Virus record (IMG/VR): IMGVR_UViG_3300031998_000059
Span: 7,894 to 71,893 of that record
Source of the DNA: a virus
Lineage: Duplodnaviria > Caudoviricetes
Strand: one strand, 5' to 3'
Length of the DNA: 64,000 bases
Shown here: piece after piece, positions 45,713-54,616 of the stretch
Layout of the letters: each line of letters begins with the position of its first letter
Numbering within the stretch: the stretch's first letter is position 1
Made by a program: the position numbers and the translations under genes
Notes under the pieces: model-generated
What the model was told of the DNA's origin: nothing
Seen by the model: only the letters and a program-made list of their open reading frames with translations
Database searches by the model: none

Positions 45713-47318
45713 TGCCAGGAAGATAAACGGCCAGAATACAGCTGTAACACTGCCGGACGGTGCAGTTTTGCAAGGTCGTTACATACTTTGCGATTGTGGC
45801 AGCTTTACACCCTCCCATGATGCCCTAAACGGCTTTTGTCTTTCGCCTGGGTTTCCTGTGGATAATGGGCAAAGCGTCAATGATCGTGACTACATGAGGG
45901 ACAAAGATGCGCAACGTATAACCAGGGAGATTGCACAGGATTATGACGCAAGGGCGATCACTTCACCGATAACAGTATCGAAACATGGCGTTGTGTTGTC
46001 AGGTAATGGCCGCACAATGGCAGGCGTTTTGGCCGCAAAGAACGGAACGGACGGGAAATATATCGCCTACCTGCAACAGTATGCAGGTAACTACGGCCTA
46101 CTATGCGAAGATGTAATGAGTTTCGAGCATCCAAGAATCGTCGTTGAACTGTGCGAAGACATGGAGTATAGCGCACAGACATTCGCCAGATTCAATGCGC
46201 AGGATATAAAAACAATGTCCAAGACAGAAGAGGCGGTAAAACTCGGAAAGCTCGTTAATGATGCCCTATTCAACCGCATTGTGTCTGTGATAGCAGGATA
46301 TGACACACTATCGGAACTCTATGCAGATATGCGCACATCCATGCAGCTGCTTAATGAGTTGGAGGAATGCGGCGTGATCAACAAGATGCAGAAAGCGGCG
46401 ATGATTGACGGATCATGCCTGAGTGTACACGGGAAAGACCTTATCGAGAATATTCTCGTAGGCAAGGCCTTTTGCCTGATGCCTGATGCAGTGCGAATGA
46501 TAACAAGTATTAAGACATTGCGCCGTAGTGTCGTTTGCGGCTTGTCTGAGGCCGTTTTGTCCGTTTCCTTGGGCAATGGCTACGACCTGAAAAACGAGCT
46601 ATCTGCGGCAGTAAAATTGGCCTACGATGCAAGGAACGCAGGATATAAGGACGGTGAAAAGGTAAGCATCTACGCAAGACAAATGACGATGTTCGGCGAC
46701 AACGAAAGTGTTTCGGACTATCGCAACAAGCCGGTGTTACTTTTGGCCGATGCCCTGAATGACCGCAAAGAAACGTATCTGCGAAAGATTCTTGCCGTGT
46801 ACAATTCCCATGCCAAGGAATCGGCGGCAGGGCAGACAAGTATGTTTGGCGAAAGCCCGCTTATGGCCAAAGGTGACATTATGCAGGACGTTGTAAGGCT
46901 GTTTTCCGATACAGATAAAGAAGAGCAAGCAAGCGAATTAAAAAACGCACTGAACGCAAGGAAAGACGATGCTTTGGCCATTGTGTGCGCACCTTTGACA
47001 GTCGGCAATTATGCAAACGTTGATCTTGGTGGTGGTGTTATCGCAATAGGCAGGATAACGAAAAAAACACCGTCCGGGTATTTCTTGGACTTTGGCGGTC
47101 ACTCTCCTGCATTCTTTGCAAAGCGCAGGGTATCAGGAACACCCGAAAGAAAGGTGATACTCCCCACCTGGGCAGCTGCCGGCAAAGCAATCAGACATGG
47201 TGACATTATCCAAGTAATTGAGGATATTGCGGACGGGCAGATCATTCTGAGGTGGGTAAATGGAGGATATTTTGACATAGATATTAATATGGCCGTGCTT
47301 TCATGGCAGGCCGCATAA
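45672..47318 (+). CDS. DdrB-like ParB-domain (polyvalent-type) protein
   Basis: PSHD; QSVNDRDY; VVLSGNGRTMA. Confidence 0.7.
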   Translation: MTTEMEEITKRWYDARKINGQNTAVTLPDGAVLQGRYILCDCGSFTPSHDALNGFCLSPGFPVDNGQSVNDRDYMRDKDAQRITREIAQDYDARAITSPITVSKHGVVLSGNGRTMAGVLAAKNGTDGKYIAYLQQYAGNYGLLCEDVMSFEHPRIVVELCEDMEYSAQTFARFNAQDIKTMSKTEEAVKLGKLVNDALFNRIVSVIAGYDTLSELYADMRTSMQLLNELEECGVINKMQKAAMIDGSCLSVHGKDLIENILVGKAFCLMPDAVRMITSIKTLRRSVVCGLSEAVLSVSLGNGYDLKNELSAAVKLAYDARNAGYKDGEKVSIYARQMTMFGDNESVSDYRNKPVLLLADALNDRKETYLRKILAVYNSHAKESAAGQTSMFGESPLMAKGDIMQDVVRLFSDTDKEEQASELKNALNARKDDALAIVCAPLTVGNYANVDLGGGVIAIGRITKKTPSGYFLDFGGHSPAFFAKRRVSGTPERKVILPTWAAAGKAIRHGDIIQVIEDIADGQIILRWVNGGYFDIDINMAVLSWQAA

Positions 47319-47329
47319 CAAGAAAGATT

Positions 47330-47497
47330 ATGAAAAAGGACAGAATAATCCATGTGTACAATTGGGACACACGGGAATTGGAGAACGATGTGAACATCAC
47401 AGCAACAGTAAAAGAGCTTACAGCGTACATGGCAGGAATGCAAGAGGCATATACGCGGCTTGGGAAGAATTACAGGCTAACTTGGGAAAATGCTTAA
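47330..47497 (+). CDS. Hypothetical protein
   Basis: Coupled small ORF. Confidence 0.55.
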   Translation: MKKDRIIHVYNWDTRELENDVNITATVKELTAYMAGMQEAYTRLGKNYRLTWENA

Positions 47498-47693
47498 TAT
47501 CATGAAAGGGTACACGTTAATCAGCACAGGCAGGAATGACAACGGTACATTCTGCCAGAATTGCGGAAGATTCATCTTCAACTATGCGATGATCCGCAGC
47601 CGTGCATGGGGCACGCAAATAAGGGTCGGGCTTGAATGCAAGGACAATCTTTGCGGCAAATACGAGCCGAAACAACTGAGTATTAACTTTTAA
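47490..47693 (+). CDS. Small zinc-finger protein
   Basis: CQNCG...VGLEC. Confidence 0.6.
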   Translation: MLNIMKGYTLISTGRNDNGTFCQNCGRFIFNYAMIRSRAWGTQIRVGLECKDNLCGKYEPKQLSINF

Positions 47694-47703
47694 ATATCAG
47701 GAT

Positions 47704-47922
47704 ATGGAAAAGGGCAATATCGAACTGAATGCGGCAGGAATGCCAAGGAAGAAACGCAAGGACGGGGAATACATCTATCGACCCGGCAGGCCAAAGACTA
47801 AGAGCAGACGCACTATCTTCTGCGTGGATGCGGACTTGGAAACATGGCTATACTCTCATGGGAAACTATCAACTTACATCAACGGACTTATCCGGCAGGA
47901 TATGGAACTTAACAAGCAATGA
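47704..47922 (+). CDS. Small DNA-binding protein (AT-hook/RHH-like)
   Basis: RPGRPK; STYINGLIRQDM. Confidence 0.55.
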   Translation: MEKGNIELNAAGMPRKKRKDGEYIYRPGRPKTKSRRTIFCVDADLETWLYSHGKLSTYINGLIRQDMELNKQ

Positions 47923-48293
47923 CTATGGCAGCAACAGTAAAGGCCGAATCTGAGGTTTTCGGCACGGTATATACGGATATTGAACGTATGCAGGAACTAA
48001 GGGAAACACTTGCATCAGGCTATCGCAACAAGGACAGACAAGCTGTCGCAAATGCCGCAATGAACATACGGGAATATGTAAATGAAGGACTTGACGACAG
48101 CGACGATGATAATTGGGAGTCGGTTGTTGACTACACCGGCTATGATCCGATGAGCCTTGCAAGGCAATACATCATCCGCGTGTACCAGGACAGATACTTG
48201 GATGATGATCATAACCAGCAATATATCAATACCGGCCTGAAACCATACATGAGGAATTGGGGAAGGGAACCTATACAATTATCACTATTCTAA
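47919..48293 (+). CDS. Hypothetical protein
   Basis: ATGA-coupled ORF. Confidence 0.65.
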   Translation: MTMAATVKAESEVFGTVYTDIERMQELRETLASGYRNKDRQAVANAAMNIREYVNEGLDDSDDDNWESVVDYTGYDPMSLARQYIIRVYQDRYLDDDHNQQYINTGLKPYMRNWGREPIQLSLF

Positions 48294-48304
48294 CATTGAG
48301 CATC

Positions 48305-49153
48305 ATGAAAGAGTTACAACAGGCGTTTTTGGAGAAATACCCCAAGAACGGGAAGATAGCGGAGAAATGGACTATCGCCACAGGCACACCGTTTGCCTGG
48401 GAGAGCCTTTCAAGGGCGAATATGGCTACATACGCATCATGGCTTTGCGACAACATGGCGCAATCGTCAGCACGCCAGTATTGCGCCAAACTCAAAGCGG
48501 TGATAGAGATATATGCGGAAGAGGTGGAACTGCCGAAGGAATGGAGGAAGTATCTCACAGTTAAGGATGATGAGAGCCAGCACATCTACCTTACCGAGAG
48601 TGAGATCAAGGACATCATCGCATACAAGGCCAAGAATATCACCGAAGCTACGGTGCAGCAGCAGTTCATATTGGGATGCCTCACAGGTGCCCGTCACAGC
48701 GACTACAGCCGCTTCACAGAGGCGAATATCAACGAGGTGGGCAATTTGGTCTATGTATCGAAAAAGACGCATGTAAGGGCAGAATTGCCGCTTGCACCAG
48801 TGGCAAGGGAAATCCTGTTCGGGAAGGATCATGACTATGCAGGTGCACACCTGAATGAGGTGAGCGACCCTACATTCAATGATGTGATACGCACTATCTG
48901 CGCAAGGTGCGGAATACGCAAGCAGATACAGCTATACCGCAAGGGGAAGTTTTGGGAAGGCCAGAAATACGAAGCAGTTTCATCGCATACCAGCCGCAGA
49001 TCGTTCTGCACGAATATATATCTGAGGTGTCATGACCTTCTTCTCGTTTCAAAACTGGCAGGCCATAAATCGCCAGACATGACATTCAGATACATTTGCT
49101 GTGGTTTGGAATCATTGACAGATAAAGCTATGCGATATTTCAGGGAATTTTAA
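48305..49153 (+). CDS. Tyrosine recombinase 2 (short, no arm-binding domain)
   Basis: TGARHSD, SKKT, HTSRR, AGH, RY. Confidence 0.9.
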   Translation: MKELQQAFLEKYPKNGKIAEKWTIATGTPFAWESLSRANMATYASWLCDNMAQSSARQYCAKLKAVIEIYAEEVELPKEWRKYLTVKDDESQHIYLTESEIKDIIAYKAKNITEATVQQQFILGCLTGARHSDYSRFTEANINEVGNLVYVSKKTHVRAELPLAPVAREILFGKDHDYAGAHLNEVSDPTFNDVIRTICARCGIRKQIQLYRKGKFWEGQKYEAVSSHTSRRSFCTNIYLRCHDLLLVSKLAGHKSPDMTFRYICCGLESLTDKAMRYFREF

Positions 49154-49165
49154 AGGGGGCTTTTT

Positions 49166-50332
49166 TTATTTTGCCCCCTTTTTCTTCAGCTTCTTCTCCA
49201 AATCGGCGAATGCGCTATCTACGGAGGTGTTCAGTACCTTGGCATAGACTTTCGTAGTGCGTATATCCGCATGTCCGAGTATCTTCGCAACAACCTCCAT
49301 CTGTATCCCGTTGTTCAGGGCGATTATGGCAAAAGTGTGCCTGCCTGAGTGCGAAGAAATCTTCTTGTTGATTCCTGCTGAGGCACAGGCAATCTTGAGA
49401 TAGTTGTTGTATTCCTGATTTGTCATTATCGGCAGTTTGTATCCGTATCTCCTCAGTATCGCAATGGCAGGCTTCATGAGGACTATGTAAAAAGCCTCAT
49501 CGCTCTTCACACGTCGGCTTGTGATGATGTATTTCCCGTTTATCTGCTCTACATCCCGTTCAAAGTCAAAAGTCGCCATATCGGCATAGGCAAGGCCGGT
49601 ATAACATTGGAAAACGAAAAGGTCACGAGCTTTCGCCACAGGCGCTATGTCGATTTTAGATGTTGCCAGTTTGCGCAGTTCCTCTTCGGTGAGAAATACG
49701 CGCAGCTTGTTCTTCCCTCTGTCCATCTTGACACCTATGAACGGGTCCTTGTCAATCAATCCCCTGTCTATCGCCTGGTTGACATATGTCTTGAGATTCT
49801 TTATATAATTGTAAACCGTAGTTTGCATTCTTGAACCAGTCTGCACATAATCGTAAAAATCAAGGATATTCGCTTTGGTAAGGTCAGAGAAATACTTTAT
49901 CTTTCCGTATTCCTTCAAAGTATCAAGAAGCACTCTATGGTGTTTCCTTGTACCTGCACCGATGTCAGGGCGATTCTCCACCCTGTCTTCAAGGAAATCG
50001 AGGAAAGACACCTCTTCTTTGCTTTCAACTGAAAACAGCCTCTCTATATCGGCGAAGGATATAGGCTTTTCCTGCTCATAGCATTTCCTGATATAGTCGT
50101 TCACCTTCCGCATCATGGCATTAAGCATGTCATTCAACTCCACTGATTGAGAGGAGTTCACCACATGGCTTGTTTCGTTCCATTGATTGTTATAAAGTTT
50201 GACACCAGTGGAGTAATAATGCCTTTTCCGGTTCAGCGTCACTACGATCTGCACCAAACCCTTGATTTCTCTTGTAGATTTCTTCTTTACATCAAAAACC
50301 AGTCTTGCTGTAGGTATATTGTTCATTTTCAT
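49166..50332 (-). CDS. int: Prophage integrase (arm-binding, SAM-like and catalytic domains)
   Basis: Bacteroidetes-type N-terminus; GLAYAD, HSGRHT, LGH, YA. Confidence 0.92.
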   Translation of the reverse strand: MKMNNIPTARLVFDVKKKSTREIKGLVQIVVTLNRKRHYYSTGVKLYNNQWNETSHVVNSSQSVELNDMLNAMMRKVNDYIRKCYEQEKPISFADIERLFSVESKEEVSFLDFLEDRVENRPDIGAGTRKHHRVLLDTLKEYGKIKYFSDLTKANILDFYDYVQTGSRMQTTVYNYIKNLKTYVNQAIDRGLIDKDPFIGVKMDRGKNKLRVFLTEEELRKLATSKIDIAPVAKARDLFVFQCYTGLAYADMATFDFERDVEQINGKYIITSRRVKSDEAFYIVLMKPAIAILRRYGYKLPIMTNQEYNNYLKIACASAGINKKISSHSGRHTFAIIALNNGIQMEVVAKILGHADIRTTKVYAKVLNTSVDSAFADLEKKLKKKGAK

Positions 50333-50347
50333 GATGATTTTAAATTT

Positions 50348-50575
50348 GGTAACACGGTTATCTGATTAAGGTAGCACGAAGGTAACACAAACATGCTACA
50401 ATTTGCGGTTATTTACAACTATTTGGCGGTTTGAAAACCTTCAAAAACCTATATAAATCAAAGAAGTGGCTGATTTTCAACCACTTCCGAAGTGATTCCG
50501 CTGCGATTCTATTTGATGAATATTTCATTATGATTATCATATATTTTATTTTTCGATTTTTCTGCTTGGTAACAC
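50348..50575. mobile_element. attP: GGTAACAC arm sites flanking a tRNA 3'-end core
   Basis: Arm motifs at 50348, 50370, 50381 and 50568; core GTGATTCCGCTGCGATTC at 50492-50509. Confidence 0.7.
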
Positions 50576-50581
50576 AAAATT

Positions 50582-50941
50582 CTACTTTTTCTGGTATCGC
50601 CATTTCCCCCACTCCATCAACATATCGTTCTCGCTGAACTTCACGTTTTCGCTGAAACCTCCATCCAATACAAGCGTAGAACCGTTGAATGTGTATGTTC
50701 CTGAAGTCTTAGCAGAAGCATCCGTCTTGTAGGTACCATCGGCATTGAACTGATAGTAGTAACTGGTCACAAAGTAGTTCCAGAAGTCCTGTTCGGCATC
50801 ATAGAATGCAACGCGTTCCCACCTGCCTACTATTTTATTGCCGATTTTCACCGCATCTGTTGGAGAATCATCGGAAGATGAACAACCAACAAAGATGCCG
50901 GCTATAGCAACAAGCGCAATGAAAAAAATCCTTCTTCCCAT
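50582..50941 (-). CDS. Lipocalin-like lipoprotein (superinfection-exclusion candidate)
   Basis: Lipobox FVGC; IVGRWE; co-transcribed with the repressor. Confidence 0.65.
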   Translation of the reverse strand: MGRRIFFIALVAIAGIFVGCSSSDDSPTDAVKIGNKIVGRWERVAFYDAEQDFWNYFVTSYYYQFNADGTYKTDASAKTSGTYTFNGSTLVLDGGFSENVKFSENDMLMEWGKWRYQKK

Positions 50942-50962
50942 ATATAATACCTTATTTAGTTA

Positions 50963-51589
50963 TTAGAACATCTTTGTTGAACCGATCACCTTAAATACAG
51001 CTAATATTTCTTCTTTAGGTATGGTCTGATTTGGGCAGTCCTTATTATCCGCAATCAGAGTGTAGCTATCGCCATTATCCCATGTGCGCTTGATTGTACG
51101 CAGTCCGCTTTTCATTACAATGGCGTAGATCTCGTTGTTTACCAGATACCTGAAATCATCTATCTTCTTTAATGCAACCGCATCGCCATTGCAGATAGTC
51201 GGCTGCATCGAAAGACCAGTGGCCCTGCACCATAAGTCACATTTGTTGTACGGCTCAAAGTTTACATAGAAATCTGCGTTTTTTGTATTTTGCTCAAACG
51301 GCAATCCGTAACCCATCTCAAACGGGACATCATAAAAAGGCTTCCCATCATAACTTGACTTTATTGGTTCAGTATTTATTAGCATATCACCCTTACCTGT
51401 CAGAAGCCATACCTCATTCAGGTCAGGTGCAGCATGAAGAATCTTCTTTAATTGTAAAGCTCTTGGTGAGTCTTTTAAGTTTGTAATATATCCATTAGAT
51501 ATACCAGCCATACTTTCAAACTTATTCCTGCCAACACCCTTGTAAGACAAATACCCTATAAGCCTTTCTTTTACTGATAGTTCCATCAT
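50963..51589 (-). CDS. CI-like repressor (HTH plus S24 peptidase)
   Basis: PDLNEVWLLTGKGDM; GLSMQP; TIKR. Confidence 0.9.
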   Translation of the reverse strand: MMELSVKERLIGYLSYKGVGRNKFESMAGISNGYITNLKDSPRALQLKKILHAAPDLNEVWLLTGKGDMLINTEPIKSSYDGKPFYDVPFEMGYGLPFEQNTKNADFYVNFEPYNKCDLWCRATGLSMQPTICNGDAVALKKIDDFRYLVNNEIYAIVMKSGLRTIKRTWDNGDSYTLIADNKDCPNQTIPKEEILAVFKVIGSTKMF

Positions 51590-51623
51590 TTCTCTATTTA
51601 GAATGATTATTAATATCGCTTTC

Positions 51624-51671
51624 AGTGAAGATTTTTCATTAAAAAATTTGTTTTAACGAATTTTCTTCACT
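51624..51671. promoter_or_regulatory. Pair of inverted 17-bp operators
   Basis: AGTGAAGATTTTTCATT (51624-40) and AACGAATTTTCTTCACT (51655-71). Confidence 0.6.
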
Positions 51672-51753
51672 AATTTTGCATCGGTTAAACAAACAAAAAG
51701 GGTAGCGGACTACGATTTACACCGTAGCCTTCACAAATTCCACTACAAAGATA
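51647..51753. promoter_or_regulatory. Convergent lytic and repressor promoters
   Basis: TTTG-20 nt-TAATTTTG (plus, 51671-78); TATCTTTG (minus, 51746-53). Confidence 0.6.
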
Positions 51754-51816
51754 TAGGTTAAAATCTAATCCGCAAACCTTTTTGTTATATTTTACAACAT
51801 AATTAAACAAAAAAAT

Positions 51817-52044
51817 ATGAACGTAACAAGCGAGGACATCAAGAACATCAAGCCGGGAACAATCAAACCATTCCCTTGCGACAACGCCAAAGGCATGATG
51901 AGTGCCTGCTCCCTGGTAACTTGGATGAAACGTGTCGGTATGCCTGAAGGTGTTGTTGATTATGAAACCCAGAAATTCTTCGACACCAACATTCTGTTAA
52001 TCCGTGCCATGAGAGAGGGTGACATCAAAGTATTGAATCAATAA
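51817..52044 (+). CDS. First lytic gene, small hypothetical protein (Cro position)
   Basis: Divergent from the repressor. Confidence 0.65.
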   Translation: MNVTSEDIKNIKPGTIKPFPCDNAKGMMSACSLVTWMKRVGMPEGVVDYETQKFFDTNILLIRAMREGDIKVLNQ

Positions 52045-52056
52045 GCACCATATCCC

Positions 52057-52278
52057 ATGAAACGCAGCGAAGCAAGGATGATAGCAGAGGAACTCTACAA
52101 GCTGATGAAAGAGGACGGGCATGTGGAAGAGAGATGGTTGAGCAGGGAGGAAGCGGCTCAATACCTTGGCGTGTCCTTATCGTGGATGGAGCATAACGAC
52201 AGGGGACTGCCAAGACGCAAGATTGCAGGCTCTTATAAGTACCCATTATCAGGATTGAACAGATTCATGAACAATTAA
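52057..52278 (+). CDS. Excisionase-like HTH protein
   Basis: WLSREEAAQYLGVS. Confidence 0.75.
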   Translation: MKRSEARMIAEELYKLMKEDGHVEERWLSREEAAQYLGVSLSWMEHNDRGLPRRKIAGSYKYPLSGLNRFMNN

Positions 52279-52289
52279 TAAAGAATATT

Positions 52290-52505
52290 ATGGAAATCAA
52301 AACCAAATTCAACATTGATGACAAGGTGTTTATCCTTGACTCCGACAACACCTCAATCAAGGAGGTGGCAGTAAAAATGATTCATGTGTCAGACGTTGGT
52401 GTAAGCTATAGTGTTGTTGATACAGACTACACTGTTGTCCGCGAGTATCAGGCATTCGCCTCGAAGGAGGAACTTCTTGAGAAGCTGAAAGAATCATTGG
52501 ATTAG
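52290..52505 (+). CDS. Hypothetical protein
   Basis: MEIKTKFNIDDKVF family pattern. Confidence 0.7.
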   Translation: MEIKTKFNIDDKVFILDSDNTSIKEVAVKMIHVSDVGVSYSVVDTDYTVVREYQAFASKEELLEKLKESLD

Positions 52506-52509
52506 TTCA

Positions 52510-52870
52510 CGCTGGGAATCCGACCAATACCCTTCCCGCACTGGCCAATGAGCCTATCCCTTGACGGAGGTGCGGGAACCAAGATGATACGAGAGTTGAG
52601 CGCACTTTGACTTGCTGATAACAATCTGAATATCCTGCATGGCGGACTTAGCACACTGGTGCCGTGACGGTCTGCACGGATGCAGGATGGCCGATATAAG
52701 AGAACTTACACCGAAACATGTAGTCCGCAAAGAATCCTCAGTTAAGCAGTAAGCAAACGGGTTTGGGGTCCGTACGCTACGGTTAAGGTGTCGATATAGG
52801 ATGGCCTCGGTGGTCTGTAAGCCGCCCGTAACCCTTGACATCGGAACAGGGGAGGCCGCGAACAATAAGT
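52510..52870 (+). ncRNA. Structured non-coding tract
   Basis: About 360 nt without a credible ORF; several 6-9 bp helices. Confidence 0.4.
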
Positions 52871-52978
52871 AAGCTTATTAATTAGAGTTGTATTTGTATG
52901 CGTTACGATTTTTCCCCTGCCCGTCTGCGAAGATAGGCAGGTTTCTACGAGAATTAATAACTAAAAACGATATATACT

Positions 52979-53173
52979 ATGAACAGGGTAAAATTATACG
53001 CCACAATGCTTGTGGCATCGTTTGTAATGATGTGCCTAAGCGCACCTTACATGAACTGGGTATTCGTCGTGTCATTCGTGGGTCTGATGCTCTCATGCTA
53101 CCTCATCCATCGTGACAGAAAGCTTCTTGACGGTGACATTGATGAACTTTTTGGAAGGGATAGCGATTTTTAA
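52979..53173 (+). CDS. Small two-TM membrane protein
   Basis: Two hydrophobic helices. Confidence 0.55.
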   Translation: MNRVKLYATMLVASFVMMCLSAPYMNWVFVVSFVGLMLSCYLIHRDRKLLDGDIDELFGRDSDF

Positions 53174-53347
53174 GTCAATATACTTCAAAGCATAATTTAA
53201 ATGGTTAGTAATTAAGTTTTGTCGTGTTTTATTTTTGTCTGTCCTCCCTTGTCTGTGAAGATAGGGGAGGATTTTTACGATGGTAAATACATTTAAATCT
53301 CATTTTTGTTTGGCCCTGTAGTCCGTGAGGATAACGCAGGGCAATAA

Positions 53348-53456
53348 GCCCCAAAAAGACCAGTAAATGGAGCAGCTGGCAAGGACAGTCTCACCAACCT
53401 TACGAGGTTGTGTCTTAAATGTTTCATGAGCGCAGGTTCGACTCCTGCTTGGGGCG
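53348..53456 (+). ncRNA. tRNA-like RNA 1 (acceptor stem and T-arm only)
   Basis: GCCCCAA/TTGGGGC; GCAGG-TTCGACT-CCTGC. Confidence 0.65.
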
Positions 53457-53457
53457 C

Positions 53458-53628
53458 ATGGATAACGAGGAATACAAGAAGAAACTGACACGTACCGTAT
53501 GGCACGCATTGGGCTACTACTGCTGTGCAAGGTTGCGCGGATGGGACGGCAAGGCGCAACTGGAGAGATACACACGCCTAAGAGACGCGCTTGACAGGTG
53601 CAAGGAAAAAGGGAGCGAAAGCCTGTAA
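53458..53628 (+). CDS. 56-aa hypothetical protein between the tRNA-like RNAs
   Basis: MDNEEYKKKL...; ATG 2 nt after element 1. Confidence 0.45.
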   Translation: MDNEEYKKKLTRTVWHALGYYCCARLRGWDGKAQLERYTRLRDALDRCKEKGSESL

Positions 53629-53797
53629 GGGGTTAAGGAGTCAAGGCCTGAAAAGGCCGCATTCCGAAGTTTGGTTGCGCCCCAGGAGCAACAGGCTGAA
53701 TATGGGTACAACACGGGTAAAAAGATAAATCCGACCGCCCGTGCTACGCAGGGAATACTTGGCATGAGCGTGGGTTCGATTCCCACCGCTCCCACCA
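53611..53797 (+). ncRNA. tRNA-like RNA 2 (acceptor stem, T-arm, encoded CCA)
   Basis: GGGAGCG/CGCTCCC-A-CCA; GTGGG-TTCGATT-CCCAC. Confidence 0.7.
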
Positions 53798-54013
53798 TTC
53801 CTGATTTTTGCCATTTTGGGCTTTTGGGCCAATGGGATTCTATTCATGTTAGCCGCCAAAGCCGAACCGGGGTTACGCTATATGCACCGTATGGAACTGG
53901 GCGGCAGTCGTGGAATTTTCATGATGTGGAATTTTACAATTCTTTTGCCAGCCCTCATGCTGCGACAGCACGGGGCTGTTTTCCTTCTGATTAACCAATC
54001 AAAAATACATATT

Positions 54014-54457
54014 ATGAGCAAGATTATCGGAATAGACCCAGGCAGCGGTGGCGGACTTGCCGTGACCGTTGACGGTCAACTCTTGGAGCTTACCTCCATG
54101 CCTGAGACAGATCATGACGTGAATAGCTTCTTCCTCCGCCATGAGGATGCCGACTGCGCCTATCTGGAGCAGGTGCATTCCATGCCAGGGCAGGGAGTGG
54201 CATCGACATTCAAGTTCGGCATGAACTACGGATTCCTACGTGCCATGCTCACGGCGCACGGCATCAGATGGATAGACGTGACACCTCCCAAATGGCAGTC
54301 GGCACTGGGCATCAGGGCCATCAAGGACGAGCCTAAGACAGCGCATAAGAACAGGTTGAAAGGCCGTGCGCAGCAGCTATTCCCCAAGTGGAAAATTACG
54401 CTAAAGACCGCTGATGCGGCGCTGATAGCGTACTATGGACATAGTATAAACCATTAG
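54014..54457 (+). CDS. RuvC-like Holliday junction resolvase
   Basis: IIGIDPG; YLEQV; FKFG.NYG; W..AL; ADAALIA. Confidence 0.85.
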   Translation: MSKIIGIDPGSGGGLAVTVDGQLLELTSMPETDHDVNSFFLRHEDADCAYLEQVHSMPGQGVASTFKFGMNYGFLRAMLTAHGIRWIDVTPPKWQSALGIRAIKDEPKTAHKNRLKGRAQQLFPKWKITLKTADAALIAYYGHSINH

Positions 54458-54616
54458 TTATGTCAATATGATTAAAGAGCCGCCATTAGACTATTTAGAA
54501 AAAGAACTTCGCAAATCTTCTGAGAAAAGATTACAAAAGCGGAATTATGAGAAAAACCAAATTGATACCCTTTTTGCCAAACGTTGGAGGGAGCTTACTA
54601 AAAAATAATTTATAGC

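Noticed and set aside
49166-50332. Integrase inactive because of GLAYAD in place of the first catalytic Arg
   Set aside because: This variant is usual in Bacteroidetes integrases, and the other catalytic residues and attP are intact.
52554-52865. 103-aa minus-strand ORF
   Set aside because: It opposes the early operon and has no motif; the tract is better explained as structured RNA.
53611-53797. tmRNA or canonical tRNA
   Set aside because: There is no G3:U70 pair, no tag ORF and no D or anticodon arm; reported as tRNA-like instead.
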